A DNA stretch of 64,000 nt from Anaerolineales bacterium (GTDB taxonomy: Bacteria > Chloroflexota > Anaerolineae > Anaerolineales > UBA4823). This document shows, in pieces, positions 1-9,293 of this stretch (position 1 is the first letter of the stretch; every line of letters starts with the position of its first letter). A model generated the notes under the pieces. It ran no database searches and had not been told where the DNA came from. It was given only the letters and a program-made list of their open reading frames with translations. Location of the stretch: positions 464 through 64,463 of the forward strand of contig JBJYWI010000048.1 of the NCBI GenBank assembly GCA_046259385.1. Reading direction: 5' to 3'. The position numbers and the translations under genes are program-made.

Positions 1-749
1 ATATCGCCCTCATTGTTATAAGCATGGGCCACCAACACATATGAGCCGGTTTTTTCTGTTACCATTTCATGAACAAGGCTCAATGGATTCGTACCTTCAG
101 GGGTAGGACTGGATTGTGAGACAGCAATCTGATCGTCCACCCAAAGATCAATACGAGAGATGCCTTTTTCATCACGAGCAGATACAAATACAAGAAATGA
201 ACTTTTAATAGGGAATTCTTCACCTGGAGAAGGTTCAATAATAGTTACTGCTGGCCCCGAGTTGGGAAGCAGTTCATTAAAATCAGGTGCCTTGGAATAT
301 TGAGGGTATAAGTAGAAATAACCAACAATAACAGTACCAGCTAGCAATATAATAGCTAAGAGTACAATTCCAATTAATCCAAATAGGGTAGGTCGAGCGC
401 ATCCACCAGATTTTTTTGCTGATGCTATTCCCAGCGCCTCGCCCTGGGCAGTCAGCATAACATTTGGTCCCAAATTTATGCGCGTTCCCTGGCGAAGATA
501 GACCGGCTGTTTCACCCGTCTGGCGTTCACCCACACACCGCTTTTAGAGCCCAGGTCTTCGATAACCCAATCTCCCTCGCTCTTCGAAATCAACGCATGG
601 TGCTGGGAGACATCCGGGTCGTTGATGACAATATCGTTTTCCCCGGTGCTTCCGATGGTGATGATATCCTTATTCAGGCTGAATGATTTACCGACATCCG
701 GTCCCTGCTGGATTACAAGTATGGGCGGCAGATACTCTTCTTGCGGCAT
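1..749 (-). CDS. FHA domain-containing membrane protein (3' end beyond window): N-terminal FHA, one TM helix, beta-rich ectodomain
   Basis: Absent from the ORF track because it leaves the window. Hand translation of the minus strand from ATG 749 (GGAGG shortly upstream) is stop-free to position 1: MPQEEYLPPILVIQQGPDVGKSFSLNKDIITIGSTGENDIVINDPDVSQHHALISKSEGDWVIEDLGSKSGVWVNARRV (FHA core), then TM LFGLIGIVLLAIILLAGTVIVGYF. The track ORF 283..534 is out of frame with it. Confidence 0.8.
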   Translation of the reverse strand, partial: MPQEEYLPPILVIQQGPDVGKSFSLNKDIITIGSTGENDIVINDPDVSQHHALISKSEGDWVIEDLGSKSGVWVNARRVKQPVYLRQGTRINLGPNVMLTAQGEALGIASAKKSGGCARPTLFGLIGIVLLAIILLAGTVIVGYFYLYPQYSKAPDFNELLPNSGPAVTIIEPSPGEEFPIKSSFLVFVSARDEKGISRIDLWVDDQIAVSQSSPTPEGTNPLSLVHEMVTEKTGSYVLVAHAYNNEGD

Positions 750-1012
750 TGTGATTTCCTCCACAGTGGAACGAAACAATTTATAAAGTACTTGTACCCG
801 ACTAATACCTGATAATATCTAAAGATGAATGGAAAATTAGAAACCGGTTTTATTTTACTTACATCAACCCCAATTGTGAAGGTTAGAATATTCAGAATCA
901 TAATATTTAATTTGTGTACGACATCAAATTTGGTGGGATATAATCCAAATAGAAGACTGAAAACGTTCAACAATGGATCTGACACCTGCGATCCGTAACA
1001 GGTTTCTTCATC

Positions 1013-2380
1013 ATGACAGATTTGCTGCCCAGCATTCTTTTTTTAACTGGATTTCTCACTTTTCTGATTTTTGCTGTATTTGGGTTTATTTCATGGAAAG
1101 AGGGAGAAAAACGGGCGAGGCGGGTTTCTTTCACCCTTGCCGTATCGGCTGCGGTGCTGTTTGCAATTGTGCTGCTTTCCCCAGAGCTTTTTCAGGTGGT
1201 TTTTCTCTGCATGCTGTTGTTTCTGGGCATATCCTCGGCTGCCCTTCTGTTACTGCCCATTGGGAAAATCACACCTTCCATGGAAACCCCGGCACACCGG
1301 GTGGACGAGCGCGATATACCATTCGCCCGTGCCCGCCTGCAACCGGGCAGCCCGGAATATGAATCCTACTATGTTGCCCGCCCGGAAAACAAAACTGTGG
1401 ATGACCGCTTCAGGTCGAAACCCGGGCTGCTTTCACTAAGATCGAAACTGGCAAACCCCTACCTGTTCGCCTCTTCGGAGGGGAGTTTCAGCCTAACGGA
1501 TGGGCTGCGCGAATCCGTGGATGGTCCGGTTTCCGACACCAAATACAGTCTGCCAATCGAAGAGATGACTAATTTTTTAAAAAGCCTGGCGATTTATTAC
1601 GGCGCATTGGAAGTTGGAATCTGTGAGTTAAAGCCGTACCACTATTATTCCCATATTGGACGCGGTACCGGGATATACGGCGATCCAATTCGGATTGAAC
1701 ACAAATACGGGATCGCCTTCACGGTTGAGATGGACCTTAACATGGTGGGCGCCAGTCCGGGACCGCCAGTGGTGATGGAGTCCGGGCGCCAATATGTTGA
1801 AGCTGCCCGGATCGCGGTCCAGCTCGCAGCGGCGATCAGGCATTTGGGCTATCCAGCCCGGGCGCATATCGATGGAAACTACCGCGTGATCGCTCCGCTG
1901 GTCGGGCGTGATTCCGGACTGGGCGAGATCGGGCGGATGGGCATCCTGATGACTCCTCGTCAGGGATCCAGAGTCCGGGTCGGTGTGGTGACAACTGCGC
2001 TGGAACTGCTCCCGGATGATTACCAGCCGGATATGTCGATTATCGATTTTTGCACAATCTGTAAGAAATGCGCCGACAACTGCCCAAGCCAGTCAATCCC
2101 ACACGGCGGCAGGCGCGAAACCAACGGCGCCCTGCGCTGGCAGATCGATTCAGATTCATGCTTCCTGTACTGGAATGTAATCGGAACTGACTGCGCTAGG
2201 TGCATGGCGGTCTGTCCGTATTCCCATCCAGATTCCTTCAGCCACAATTTGGTCCGGAGTGGGATCTCGCGCTCAGGTGCATTCCGGCGGGCGGCGTTGA
2301 GGCTGGACGATCTTTTCTATGGAAAAAAACCAGCGCCAAGGCGGGCACCCGCATGGACAGCAGTATACGAAAGGAGATAG
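1013..2380 (+). CDS. Membrane-anchored reductive dehalogenase-like / QueG-family corrinoid Fe-S protein
   Basis: 455 aa. About three N-terminal TM helices and no twin-arginine signal. C-terminal CTICKKCADNCP (CxxCxxCxxxCP) plus C-x10-CARCMAVCP, the two-[4Fe-4S] signature typical of RdhA/QueG enzymes. No strong SD, so the start is uncertain. Confidence 0.6.
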   Translation: MTDLLPSILFLTGFLTFLIFAVFGFISWKEGEKRARRVSFTLAVSAAVLFAIVLLSPELFQVVFLCMLLFLGISSAALLLLPIGKITPSMETPAHRVDERDIPFARARLQPGSPEYESYYVARPENKTVDDRFRSKPGLLSLRSKLANPYLFASSEGSFSLTDGLRESVDGPVSDTKYSLPIEEMTNFLKSLAIYYGALEVGICELKPYHYYSHIGRGTGIYGDPIRIEHKYGIAFTVEMDLNMVGASPGPPVVMESGRQYVEAARIAVQLAAAIRHLGYPARAHIDGNYRVIAPLVGRDSGLGEIGRMGILMTPRQGSRVRVGVVTTALELLPDDYQPDMSIIDFCTICKKCADNCPSQSIPHGGRRETNGALRWQIDSDSCFLYWNVIGTDCARCMAVCPYSHPDSFSHNLVRSGISRSGAFRRAALRLDDLFYGKKPAPRRAPAWTAVYERR

Positions 2381-2385
2381 CTGGT

Positions 2386-3642
2386 ATGGAAATTAACCGG
2401 AATGGTATCCGGCGGGTTGTGATCACCGGTATGGGGGCAATTACCCCGCTTGGGGAGATTAACCAGTTATGGGCGGGTTTGCTTGCGGCCAAATCGGGAA
2501 TCCGCCGTATCACCCATTTTGATCCATCAGATCTTGAGGTTCAAATCGCTGGGGAGGTTGATTTTGACCCAAAGGATTATTTTTCACCACGGGATGCCCG
2601 CCGGATGTCGCGCGCTACCCAACTGGCTTTGATAGCAGCCAGGATGGCACAGCAGGATTGCGGGTTGACGAAGGAAAAAGTCGGGCAAAATGGAGACCGG
2701 GTTGGTGTGGTGATTGGGACAGCAAATGCAGGCTTTGAACTGCTGGTGGATATGTCCTACGAATACCTCATAAATGGGAAAAAGCCAATGCCGACCGTTT
2801 TTGTCAACGGTCTTCCAAATATACCTGGGCATTATATCAGCGTGGAAATGGGCGCGACCGGGCCCCTTGCTACAATTGTTACCGCATGCGCAAGCGGCAC
2901 CCAGGCTGTCGGTGCCGGTGTTGACATGATCAGGAACCGGAAGGCGGAACTGGTGTTTGCGGGAGGGGCTGACGGTATGATTCGCAAGGAGGTCATTGCG
3001 GCATTTGATTCGATGCGCGCCTTGCCGAGGGGTTTTAATGATAGTCCCCAACATGCCAGCAGACCATTTGATGGTAACCGGGATGGGTTTGTACTCGGTG
3101 AAGGAGCGGGAATCCTGGTGATCGAATCTCTGGAGAATGCCATCGAGAGAGGTGCGCAGATATACGCTGAAGTGCTGGGTCATGCTGCCTCTTCGGATGC
3201 CAAGAATATCACCGCGCCGGATGAGGAGGGTCTTGGGGCGCAGAAGGCGATGCGCTGGGCGCTGGAAGATGCTGGAATATCACTCGATGAGGTTGATTAC
3301 ATTAACGCCCACGGTACATCAACCAGGTTGAATGATTTAACTGAGACGAAAGCGATAAAAGCTGTTTTTGGGCAGAGAGCCTACCGGATACCGGTCAGTT
3401 CAACTAAAAGCATGCTTGGGCATTCCATGGGAGCTTCCGGTGCGCTGGAAGCGATTGTTTGCGTGCGAACAATCCGGGAAGGAATGGTGCACCCGACGAT
3501 TAATAATGAAACCGCCGACCCGGAATGCGACCTGGATTACGTACCGAACCGGATGCGACGGGAACAAGTGAAGATAGCACTCTCAAACAGCTTTGGTTTT
3601 GGAGGGCAGAACGCCTGCCTGGTTATTGGCAAATTTAATTAG
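2386..3642 (+). CDS. fabF: Beta-ketoacyl-ACP synthase II
   Basis: Start taken at M63 of track ORF 2200..3642 (AAAGGAG SD; MEINRNGIRRVVITGMGAITPLG). Catalytic motifs TACASG, NAHGTST, LGHSMGASG. The upstream 62 codons overlap the previous gene. Confidence 0.92.
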   Translation: MEINRNGIRRVVITGMGAITPLGEINQLWAGLLAAKSGIRRITHFDPSDLEVQIAGEVDFDPKDYFSPRDARRMSRATQLALIAARMAQQDCGLTKEKVGQNGDRVGVVIGTANAGFELLVDMSYEYLINGKKPMPTVFVNGLPNIPGHYISVEMGATGPLATIVTACASGTQAVGAGVDMIRNRKAELVFAGGADGMIRKEVIAAFDSMRALPRGFNDSPQHASRPFDGNRDGFVLGEGAGILVIESLENAIERGAQIYAEVLGHAASSDAKNITAPDEEGLGAQKAMRWALEDAGISLDEVDYINAHGTSTRLNDLTETKAIKAVFGQRAYRIPVSSTKSMLGHSMGASGALEAIVCVRTIREGMVHPTINNETADPECDLDYVPNRMRREQVKIALSNSFGFGGQNACLVIGKFN

Positions 3643-3656
3643 GAATTAATAGAAAG

Positions 3657-4340
3657 CTAAAAGCCGCGTTTCTGGCCCTCCCAGGGCGGTTCTTTCCCAA
3701 GCTTGAATTCCTCGACGCTGGGACCCTTCAGGTTGCTAAGGCGCCACAATCCGTAAAAGTAACTAAAAATCAGCAAAAGAATGGTTGCCGGCCAACCGCT
3801 TAGGATCTGGAAAATACCCAGGGAACTTACAGCCTGGTTTTGAAAAAGCTCGAATTGGAGAAATGTGCGCAGCCCGAAGAATACCCCCCACGCTAGGGTG
3901 ACTTCGCTGTAAGCGGGGCGCACTTTCAGGTGCCAGTACCATTCCAGCGGCCAGCGGCGGGCGATGTAACTTGTGAAAGCCACCAACGGGCGTTTGATGA
4001 TTACACTGACCAGACATAGAATAACAGTTAGGATGCCGGTGACAATCCCCGGTAAGAAGTAGCCTTCCGCGCGTCCGGTCAAGTAGGCAACCCCGGCTGC
4101 AACCAGCACCGCCCCGACCCCGCCCAAGGCATACCTGACCGGTTGGCGTCTGGCGAGACGGTAAACTGCAAAAATTGCCGATACCAATAAGGCGCCGCCA
4201 ACCGCAAGATTTACCCCCGCAAAGGCGTTTACCAGAATAAAAATAACCGGAGGCAGAACTGCATCCAGCCAGTTTCCCCTACCGGTCAAAACTGATTGGA
4301 GTTCCTCTTTAATTTCCTGGAGTCTGTTCTCTGGATTCAT
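3657..4340 (-). CDS. Polytopic membrane protein (DUF3159-like)
   Basis: 227 aa with about six hydrophobic helices. The DUF3159-like assignment is by recollection only. Convergent with fabF. Confidence 0.5.
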   Translation of the reverse strand: MNPENRLQEIKEELQSVLTGRGNWLDAVLPPVIFILVNAFAGVNLAVGGALLVSAIFAVYRLARRQPVRYALGGVGAVLVAAGVAYLTGRAEGYFLPGIVTGILTVILCLVSVIIKRPLVAFTSYIARRWPLEWYWHLKVRPAYSEVTLAWGVFFGLRTFLQFELFQNQAVSSLGIFQILSGWPATILLLIFSYFYGLWRLSNLKGPSVEEFKLGKEPPWEGQKRGF

Positions 4341-4546
4341 TTCAACCCAAACTGGCTGAGATCAAAATCGAAGCGTAGAGCGATAGCAAACAACAGGATC
4401 AATGCTATTAAAAATAAAGCGATCCATACAGGGTAGGCATTCCCAAAAGGATCGATTTTGCACCACAGACGCTCCAAAAACCCACGGTCATCGACGCAAC
4501 CGGAACTTTCTTCTTCTGATAAGGGAGATTGTTGGTTATCTGTCAT
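4337..4546 (-). CDS. Small membrane protein (one TM), translationally coupled to the downstream membrane protein
   Basis: 69 aa with TM WIALFLIALILLFAIAL. Its stop overlaps the next start (ATGA at 4337-4340). Confidence 0.5.
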   Translation of the reverse strand: MTDNQQSPLSEEESSGCVDDRGFLERLWCKIDPFGNAYPVWIALFLIALILLFAIALRFDFDLSQFGLK

Positions 4547-4563
4547 AGTTGTCCTTTCTGGAA

Positions 4564-5364
4564 TTATCGGCTGATCTCTGGACTAACAGGCTCGGGTTCA
4601 CTATTTGCCTTTTCTTCAACCAGCACATCTGATCCGGGAGTGGTTTGGATTGTGTTCGCCATACTGTCAATGGAATCCCGGTCAGTGGTAATCTGGTCAA
4701 TTATCCCATCGACCATGCTGATCACTTTATCCACATAGGTCACCATGCGCAAGTCGTGGGTTACCATGATGCCGGCTCTCTTCTGCTCGTGGATCAAATT
4801 TGCGAATGTTTCCACAACCTGATAGGCGCGCTGTGTATCGAGACTGGCAGTTGGTTCGTCGGCTAGGACCAGGCTTGGTTCGTGCACCATTGCCCGGGCA
4901 ATCGCGACCCGCTGCTGTTCCCCGCCGGACAACTGGTTCGGCAGGTTGTTCAATCTGTGGCTCAGTCCAAGGCGATCCAGCATTTCTTTTGCCCGTTTAC
5001 GACCATCCTTATTGAGAGACTTGTTAAGGCGTAGCATTAATTCCACATTTTCAAGCGCGGTCAGAAAGGGGACTAAGTTGTTCGCCTGGAAGGTAAACCC
5101 GATATTCTGACGGCGGAATCGGGTGCGCTGCCTGATTTTCATCCTTCCCAGGTCCTGTCCATCGATTTTGATTGAACCCGAGCTGGGTCGTAATAGCGTC
5201 GCCAGCATAGCAAGCAATGTGGTTTTGCCAGAACCGCTTGGGCCTACCACAGCAATAAATTCCCCATCACCAACCTCAAATGAGACCCGGTCGACTGCGG
5301 TGACTGCCGAAGAACCTTCGCCGTAGATTTTTGTTACCTGGTCTGTTGTAAGTGCAATACTCAT
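4564..5364 (-). CDS. ABC transporter ATP-binding protein (MacB/LolD-type)
   Basis: Walker [10 protein letters not shown], signature [14 protein letters not shown], Walker B LVLADEPT. Confidence 0.9.
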   Translation of the reverse strand: MSIALTTDQVTKIYGEGSSAVTAVDRVSFEVGDGEFIAVVGPSGSGKTTLLAMLATLLRPSSGSIKIDGQDLGRMKIRQRTRFRRQNIGFTFQANNLVPFLTALENVELMLRLNKSLNKDGRKRAKEMLDRLGLSHRLNNLPNQLSGGEQQRVAIARAMVHEPSLVLADEPTASLDTQRAYQVVETFANLIHEQKRAGIMVTHDLRMVTYVDKVISMVDGIIDQITTDRDSIDSMANTIQTTPGSDVLVEEKANSEPEPVSPEISR

Positions 5365-5378
5365 ATTTCTACTCTACT

Positions 5379-6527
5379 TTATAAACCAATCGCCCGCAAC
5401 GGCTCAACCTTCAAGGCGAGCCGGATCGATACCAGACCGCCTATCGGACCGATAATAAGCAGAGCGGCGATCGCACCTAGAATTGCGCCGCTATTGAACT
5501 CGGCTGGTATCTCCTGGGGCATTCCTAGAGAAATCAATAAAGTCCCTACCACACCCAGTACGACCCCAAATACAGATATTGTTATTATCTGCATAATTGT
5601 CATCCCAGCGACCGTGCCGTTGCTTGTCCCAATCGCTTTTAGCATTCCGATCTGGGCGATTTTTTGGATGGTTTGAATCTGGAAAAAGCCGCCTAAAACC
5701 AATACGCCGATCAGTAATGTGAACGCCTGCTGGGTGTTGAGGGTCGACTGCTGGGCGGTGTATCCCGGCAGGGAAAGAATTGCAGTTTGTTTGTCGACAG
5801 CCTGGATACCGTCAATATTCCGTTCAATAACAGGGATCATTGAATCAATATTCTCAGGACCATAAAACTGGACAGCAGCAATATTGAAAATCACCCTGGC
5901 ACTCCTGCGAGCCCCGCTGTCCTGGGGTTTGATGTCATCCCAGGTCTGAATAGGAGTGAATACCGCGGGTTGAAAAAAGTACTGGTTTGACCCGCTCAAA
6001 CCTACCACGGTCAGGTCAAAAAGTTCCTTTTCTGTACCCTGGACGGTCTGGATAACAATCTGGTCACCGGGTTTCACCCCTAACGATTCGGCAAGGGGAG
6101 TGTCAATTACAGCTTCATTTGCCCGGTCGCGGATTAATGCACGACCGTCAAGGATCTCAGGATTTCCAGGCCTGCCCGGTTCCGTTCCGATCAGACTAAC
6201 GTCTATCCCGTCTTCTACTAGTGGCGAAACAACAGTCGCAGAGCTGAATCCTATTCCACCCGCATCCGCAACTCCTTCCATCCTGCGCAAATCAGTGAGG
6301 ATATCGTTATCCAATCGGCTGGCGCTGATAATCAGGTCTGCTTCATCCTGGTAAACCAGCAGGTCAGCCTGTATGTTATCGATGTACTCACGGTTGGCTT
6401 TGCTTAAGCCGCCAGCTAGCGCTGCAATAAATAACACCAGAGTGGTGATCAGTGCAATTACCAGGCTGAATAACAAGTAGCGGCCTTTGTTTCGCCAGAT
6501 TTCTTTAAATGATAAGAAAAATGACAT
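5379..6527 (-). CDS. ABC transporter permease, FtsX/MacB-like
   Basis: 382 aa. N-terminal TM, large periplasmic domain, and a C-terminal 3-TM FtsX-type bundle. Located upstream of the ATPase on the same strand. Confidence 0.8.
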   Translation of the reverse strand: MSFFLSFKEIWRNKGRYLLFSLVIALITTLVLFIAALAGGLSKANREYIDNIQADLLVYQDEADLIISASRLDNDILTDLRRMEGVADAGGIGFSSATVVSPLVEDGIDVSLIGTEPGRPGNPEILDGRALIRDRANEAVIDTPLAESLGVKPGDQIVIQTVQGTEKELFDLTVVGLSGSNQYFFQPAVFTPIQTWDDIKPQDSGARRSARVIFNIAAVQFYGPENIDSMIPVIERNIDGIQAVDKQTAILSLPGYTAQQSTLNTQQAFTLLIGVLVLGGFFQIQTIQKIAQIGMLKAIGTSNGTVAGMTIMQIITISVFGVVLGVVGTLLISLGMPQEIPAEFNSGAILGAIAALLIIGPIGGLVSIRLALKVEPLRAIGL

Positions 6528-6529
6528 AT

Positions 6530-6877
6530 CTATAAGCCTCCGGAGTTTGTTTCTGCATGGACTCCTAGCCAGAATTTTCGCCAGTCTCCTTTACTGCTGT
6601 TAAGAGCCAGAAAGGTGTAAACAGCACCTGTAAAGAAACCGAGCACCATCATGAATACCACCCAGATTATCGCAGCAATCCAAGATTTTTCGCGGTAGAT
6701 AATCCATCCGGAGAATAGAATGAACCCAACATACAAGTCCACAATCGACACTACTCCCCAGGGATTTGAAAGGATAACTGACCCGTCTTTGAAAAAGTCC
6801 CCGGCAGTAAAACCATAAATAAGGGCTGCTGCCATAGCGAGGATGCACACCAGGGAAATAATTTTTGCAATTTTCAT
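6530..6877 (-). CDS. Small membrane protein (DUF1475-like)
   Basis: 115 aa, 3-4 TM. The segment PWGVVSIVDLYVGFILFSGWIIYREKSWIAAIIWVV resembles my recollection of DUF1475. 2-nt spacer to the permease start. Confidence 0.5.
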   Translation of the reverse strand: MKIAKIISLVCILAMAAALIYGFTAGDFFKDGSVILSNPWGVVSIVDLYVGFILFSGWIIYREKSWIAAIIWVVFMMVLGFFTGAVYTFLALNSSKGDWRKFWLGVHAETNSGGL

Positions 6878-6907
6878 CTCTCCTCCAAAAAAGATGGTGA
6901 TTAATTA

Positions 6908-7279
6908 TTATCCTGCGGGAATTATTAACCCCAGAAATATGATCAAAGTATACCCAAGAATATAAAAACCTGTTAACCCGTAGAGCAGTGTTATTGATAC
7001 GCCAGGCAACCTCAGTTGACCCTGGTATATTTCCAGTGTTTTAATCAAATCTCCAACCAGCATGAAGATTGAAAATAATAGTAGTGCGGCAATTGGAAAT
7101 GGAATAAAAAATAGCGTGAACAGCATCCCCCAGTGACCGATATTATTCATAATTACAAAAGCCATAGAGATAATTTCGCGGCGTTGTGGCCGGTCGAATA
7201 CTGCCAACGACAACCCGAGCGAAAGAAACAGCAGGGTAACGGTCTGTAAAAAGTTCTTCCCCGATGGGATCGAAAACAC
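6908..7279 (-). CDS. Membrane protein, probably 5'-truncated by a homopolymer frameshift (see findings)
   Basis: 123 aa from GTG 7279, all hydrophobic helices. The same frame continues upstream, encoding KIVAIVIIAIIALPNPVETN without any start codon, up to TAA at 7340-7342. Confidence 0.55.
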   Translation of the reverse strand: MFSIPSGKNFLQTVTLLFLSLGLSLAVFDRPQRREIISMAFVIMNNIGHWGMLFTLFFIPFPIAALLLFSIFMLVGDLIKTLEIYQGQLRLPGVSITLLYGLTGFYILGYTLIIFLGLIIPAG

Positions 7280-7538
7280 ATTGGTTTCTACAGGATTTGG
7301 TAAGGCGATAATCGCGATTATTACTATCGCAACTATTTTTTAGGATGGTCTCGAGCCACGCAAGCGCTGACCATTTGGCGATATACCATCCTTTTTTTAA
7401 TTCAACTGATTTAGCATTGTTCATATCTTGGTTTATTATGGGATAACCAGCCTTGCGATCCTTCGATCTTACAGGCTGGCCATCCCTATTTGGGCTCCTG
7501 TTGAGAGATTATCCATTTCAAATCCTAATTTACAGGGA

Positions 7539-8192
7539 TTAATCTAGTGATCCGGTTTTTATATGTGCCATAAACTCTGCCCGCGTTTTATCATTTTCCT
7601 TAAAGCATCCAAGCATTTTACTGGTGACCATCTTGGTGTTATCTTTTTTAACGCCGCGCATCATGGCGCACATATGGGCGCCTTCTACAACTACAGCAAC
7701 ACCCTGAGGGGCGAGGGTCTCCTGGATAAAATTTGCTATCTGGGAGGTCATTTGCTCCTGGATCTGCAGGCGCCTGGCGAACATCTCCACGATTCGTGGG
7801 ATTTTGCTTAAACCGATAACCTTACCGTCCGGAATGTAAGCTACATGCGCCTTTCCGTAAAATGGCAGCATATGGTGCTCGCACATGCTGTAGAAATCGA
7901 TGTCTTTGACCACTACCATTTCGTCGTAATCCACATTAAAAACTGCGCCGTTGATCATTTTCACGGGATCGATTTGATAACCGCTGGTCAGCTCGTGATA
8001 CATTCTGGCTACCCGGTTGGGCGTGTTTAACAGACCCTCCCTTTCCGGGTTTTCGCCAATATTTGAAAGTATGTTGTACACAGCTACTTCAATATTTCCC
8101 TGATTCAGCCAGGTTGGCTGGTTTGAGTTACTACTGAGGCTTTTGTCCAATTCTTCTTCCAGTAAAAGACTATTAGATTTTGTTAAATTCAT
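7539..8192 (-). CDS. folE: GTP cyclohydrolase I
   Basis: 217 aa with the CEHHMLPF zinc/active-site motif and [13 protein letters not shown]. Confidence 0.93.
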   Translation of the reverse strand: MNLTKSNSLLLEEELDKSLSSNSNQPTWLNQGNIEVAVYNILSNIGENPEREGLLNTPNRVARMYHELTSGYQIDPVKMINGAVFNVDYDEMVVVKDIDFYSMCEHHMLPFYGKAHVAYIPDGKVIGLSKIPRIVEMFARRLQIQEQMTSQIANFIQETLAPQGVAVVVEGAHMCAMMRGVKKDNTKMVTSKMLGCFKENDKTRAEFMAHIKTGSLD

Positions 8193-8231
8193 TTCTACCT
8201 TCCTGTTGATCTATCAATAAAATATTTGTAT

Positions 8232-9068
8232 TTATTTTGCTTTGATACATGAAAAGCCGACCACTCCCGGTCCGATGTTCGCGCCTAATGCCGGGGTAAC
8301 GTCAACTGAAAGAGGTTCTATACCTGGTGGAAAAAGGTCTCTGGATATCTCTTGCAGATGTTCAGCTTTGGAGGGAGCGTTTGTATGGACCAGATCCAGG
8401 CGTTCAAAATTGCCGAGTTCGCGCGCAAGTTGGAGCAATCTGCTGATCGCTCGGCTGTAAGTGCGGACACGCTCACCGGTCGGATCGCCTTCGTGCATTT
8501 TTAAGATGGGTTTAACGCGTAGGATATTACCCAATCTGGCAACAACCCCGCTCATGCGACCGCTGCGCTGCAGGTAATCGAGGGTTTCAAGCGCTGCAAA
8601 AACATAAGTCCTAGAGTTCAACTCGTCCAGACGGGCGATGATATTTTCCATCGTTTCATTTTCCTGGGCAGCTTCCGCAGCTGCTATAACAAGGTAGCCC
8701 ATTCCTAGGCTAAGCTGACGGGAGTCGTATATTGTAACTGGCGCTGTATCAAACTGTTTCGCAGCTGTTCGGGCGACATTCACAGTGGCGCTCAGGCTCT
8801 CAGATATATGTATGGATAAAATTTGATTCGCTCCCTCATCAACTAATTTACTGTATGCCCGCTGGAACATATCCACTCCAGGAGTAGCGGTCGTGGGCAG
8901 GGGGTCAGCGTCAATCATTCGCTCGTAAAATTCTTTGCGTGAAATTTCTACCTGGTCCAGGTAACCTTGATCACCGAAATTAATGAACAAAGGAACGGTT
9001 TCTATTCCAAACTTGTTTATGATTTCTTGCGGTAAATCATTTGTGCTGTCAGCTACAATTCTGATCAT
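8232..9068 (-). CDS. DegV family fatty-acid-binding protein
   Basis: 278 aa. N-terminal IRIVADSTNDLPQE and overall DegV pattern. Confidence 0.85.
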   Translation of the reverse strand: MIRIVADSTNDLPQEIINKFGIETVPLFINFGDQGYLDQVEISRKEFYERMIDADPLPTTATPGVDMFQRAYSKLVDEGANQILSIHISESLSATVNVARTAAKQFDTAPVTIYDSRQLSLGMGYLVIAAAEAAQENETMENIIARLDELNSRTYVFAALETLDYLQRSGRMSGVVARLGNILRVKPILKMHEGDPTGERVRTYSRAISRLLQLARELGNFERLDLVHTNAPSKAEHLQEISRDLFPPGIEPLSVDVTPALGANIGPGVVGFSCIKAK

Positions 9069-9176
9069 CGCTCACTCCTCCTGCGTTTCATTATTTAGGA
9101 ATTATCCTACCATTTTATATTAGTAATTTTGTATATGCCATTTTATTCTGTGGTTAAAAAATAAACCCTTCCTGTG

Positions 9177-9210
9177 GAACCGGGCGGCAGTTATTTCTGC
9201 CACCCGGTTC
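9177..9210 (-). terminator. Stem-loop downstream of the fasciclin gene (candidate intrinsic terminator)
   Basis: GAACCGGGCGGCAG-ttattt-CTGCCACCCGGTTC, 13 of 14 bp paired. On the minus strand a T-rich run (TTTATTTTTT) follows about 11 nt 3' of the stem. Lies between the fasciclin stop (9294) and the degV start (9068). Confidence 0.55.
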
Positions 9211-9293
9211 TGGCGATCCGGAATTATTGTGTGTTTTTGATGTGTTATCCGGGCGCCATCAAATAGGAGGAGAGAAAATGTTTGTATTGCCCC

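Noticed and set aside
283-985. Track ORFs 283..534 (-) and 713..985 (-).
   Set aside because: 283..534 is out of frame within the FHA-protein gene that I translated stop-free from 749 to 1. 713..985 straddles that gene's start and its promoter region and has no motif or RBS support.
973-1439. Alternative-frame ORFs 973..1362 and 1071..1439 overlapping the start of the RdhA-like gene.
   Set aside because: Cys/Arg/Pro-rich translations are typical of off-frame reading of a GC-richer gene. The 455-aa frame carries the TM helices and Fe-S motifs.
2584-3183. 199-aa minus-strand ORF, along with similar long antisense ORFs such as 16096..16515, 22499..23002, 29796..30239, 46162..46614, 53893..54261 and 63154..63684.
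   Set aside because: Each lies fully antisense to a gene with strong family motifs. Their translations are low-complexity or Arg/Ser/Pro-rich, as expected for shadow ORFs.
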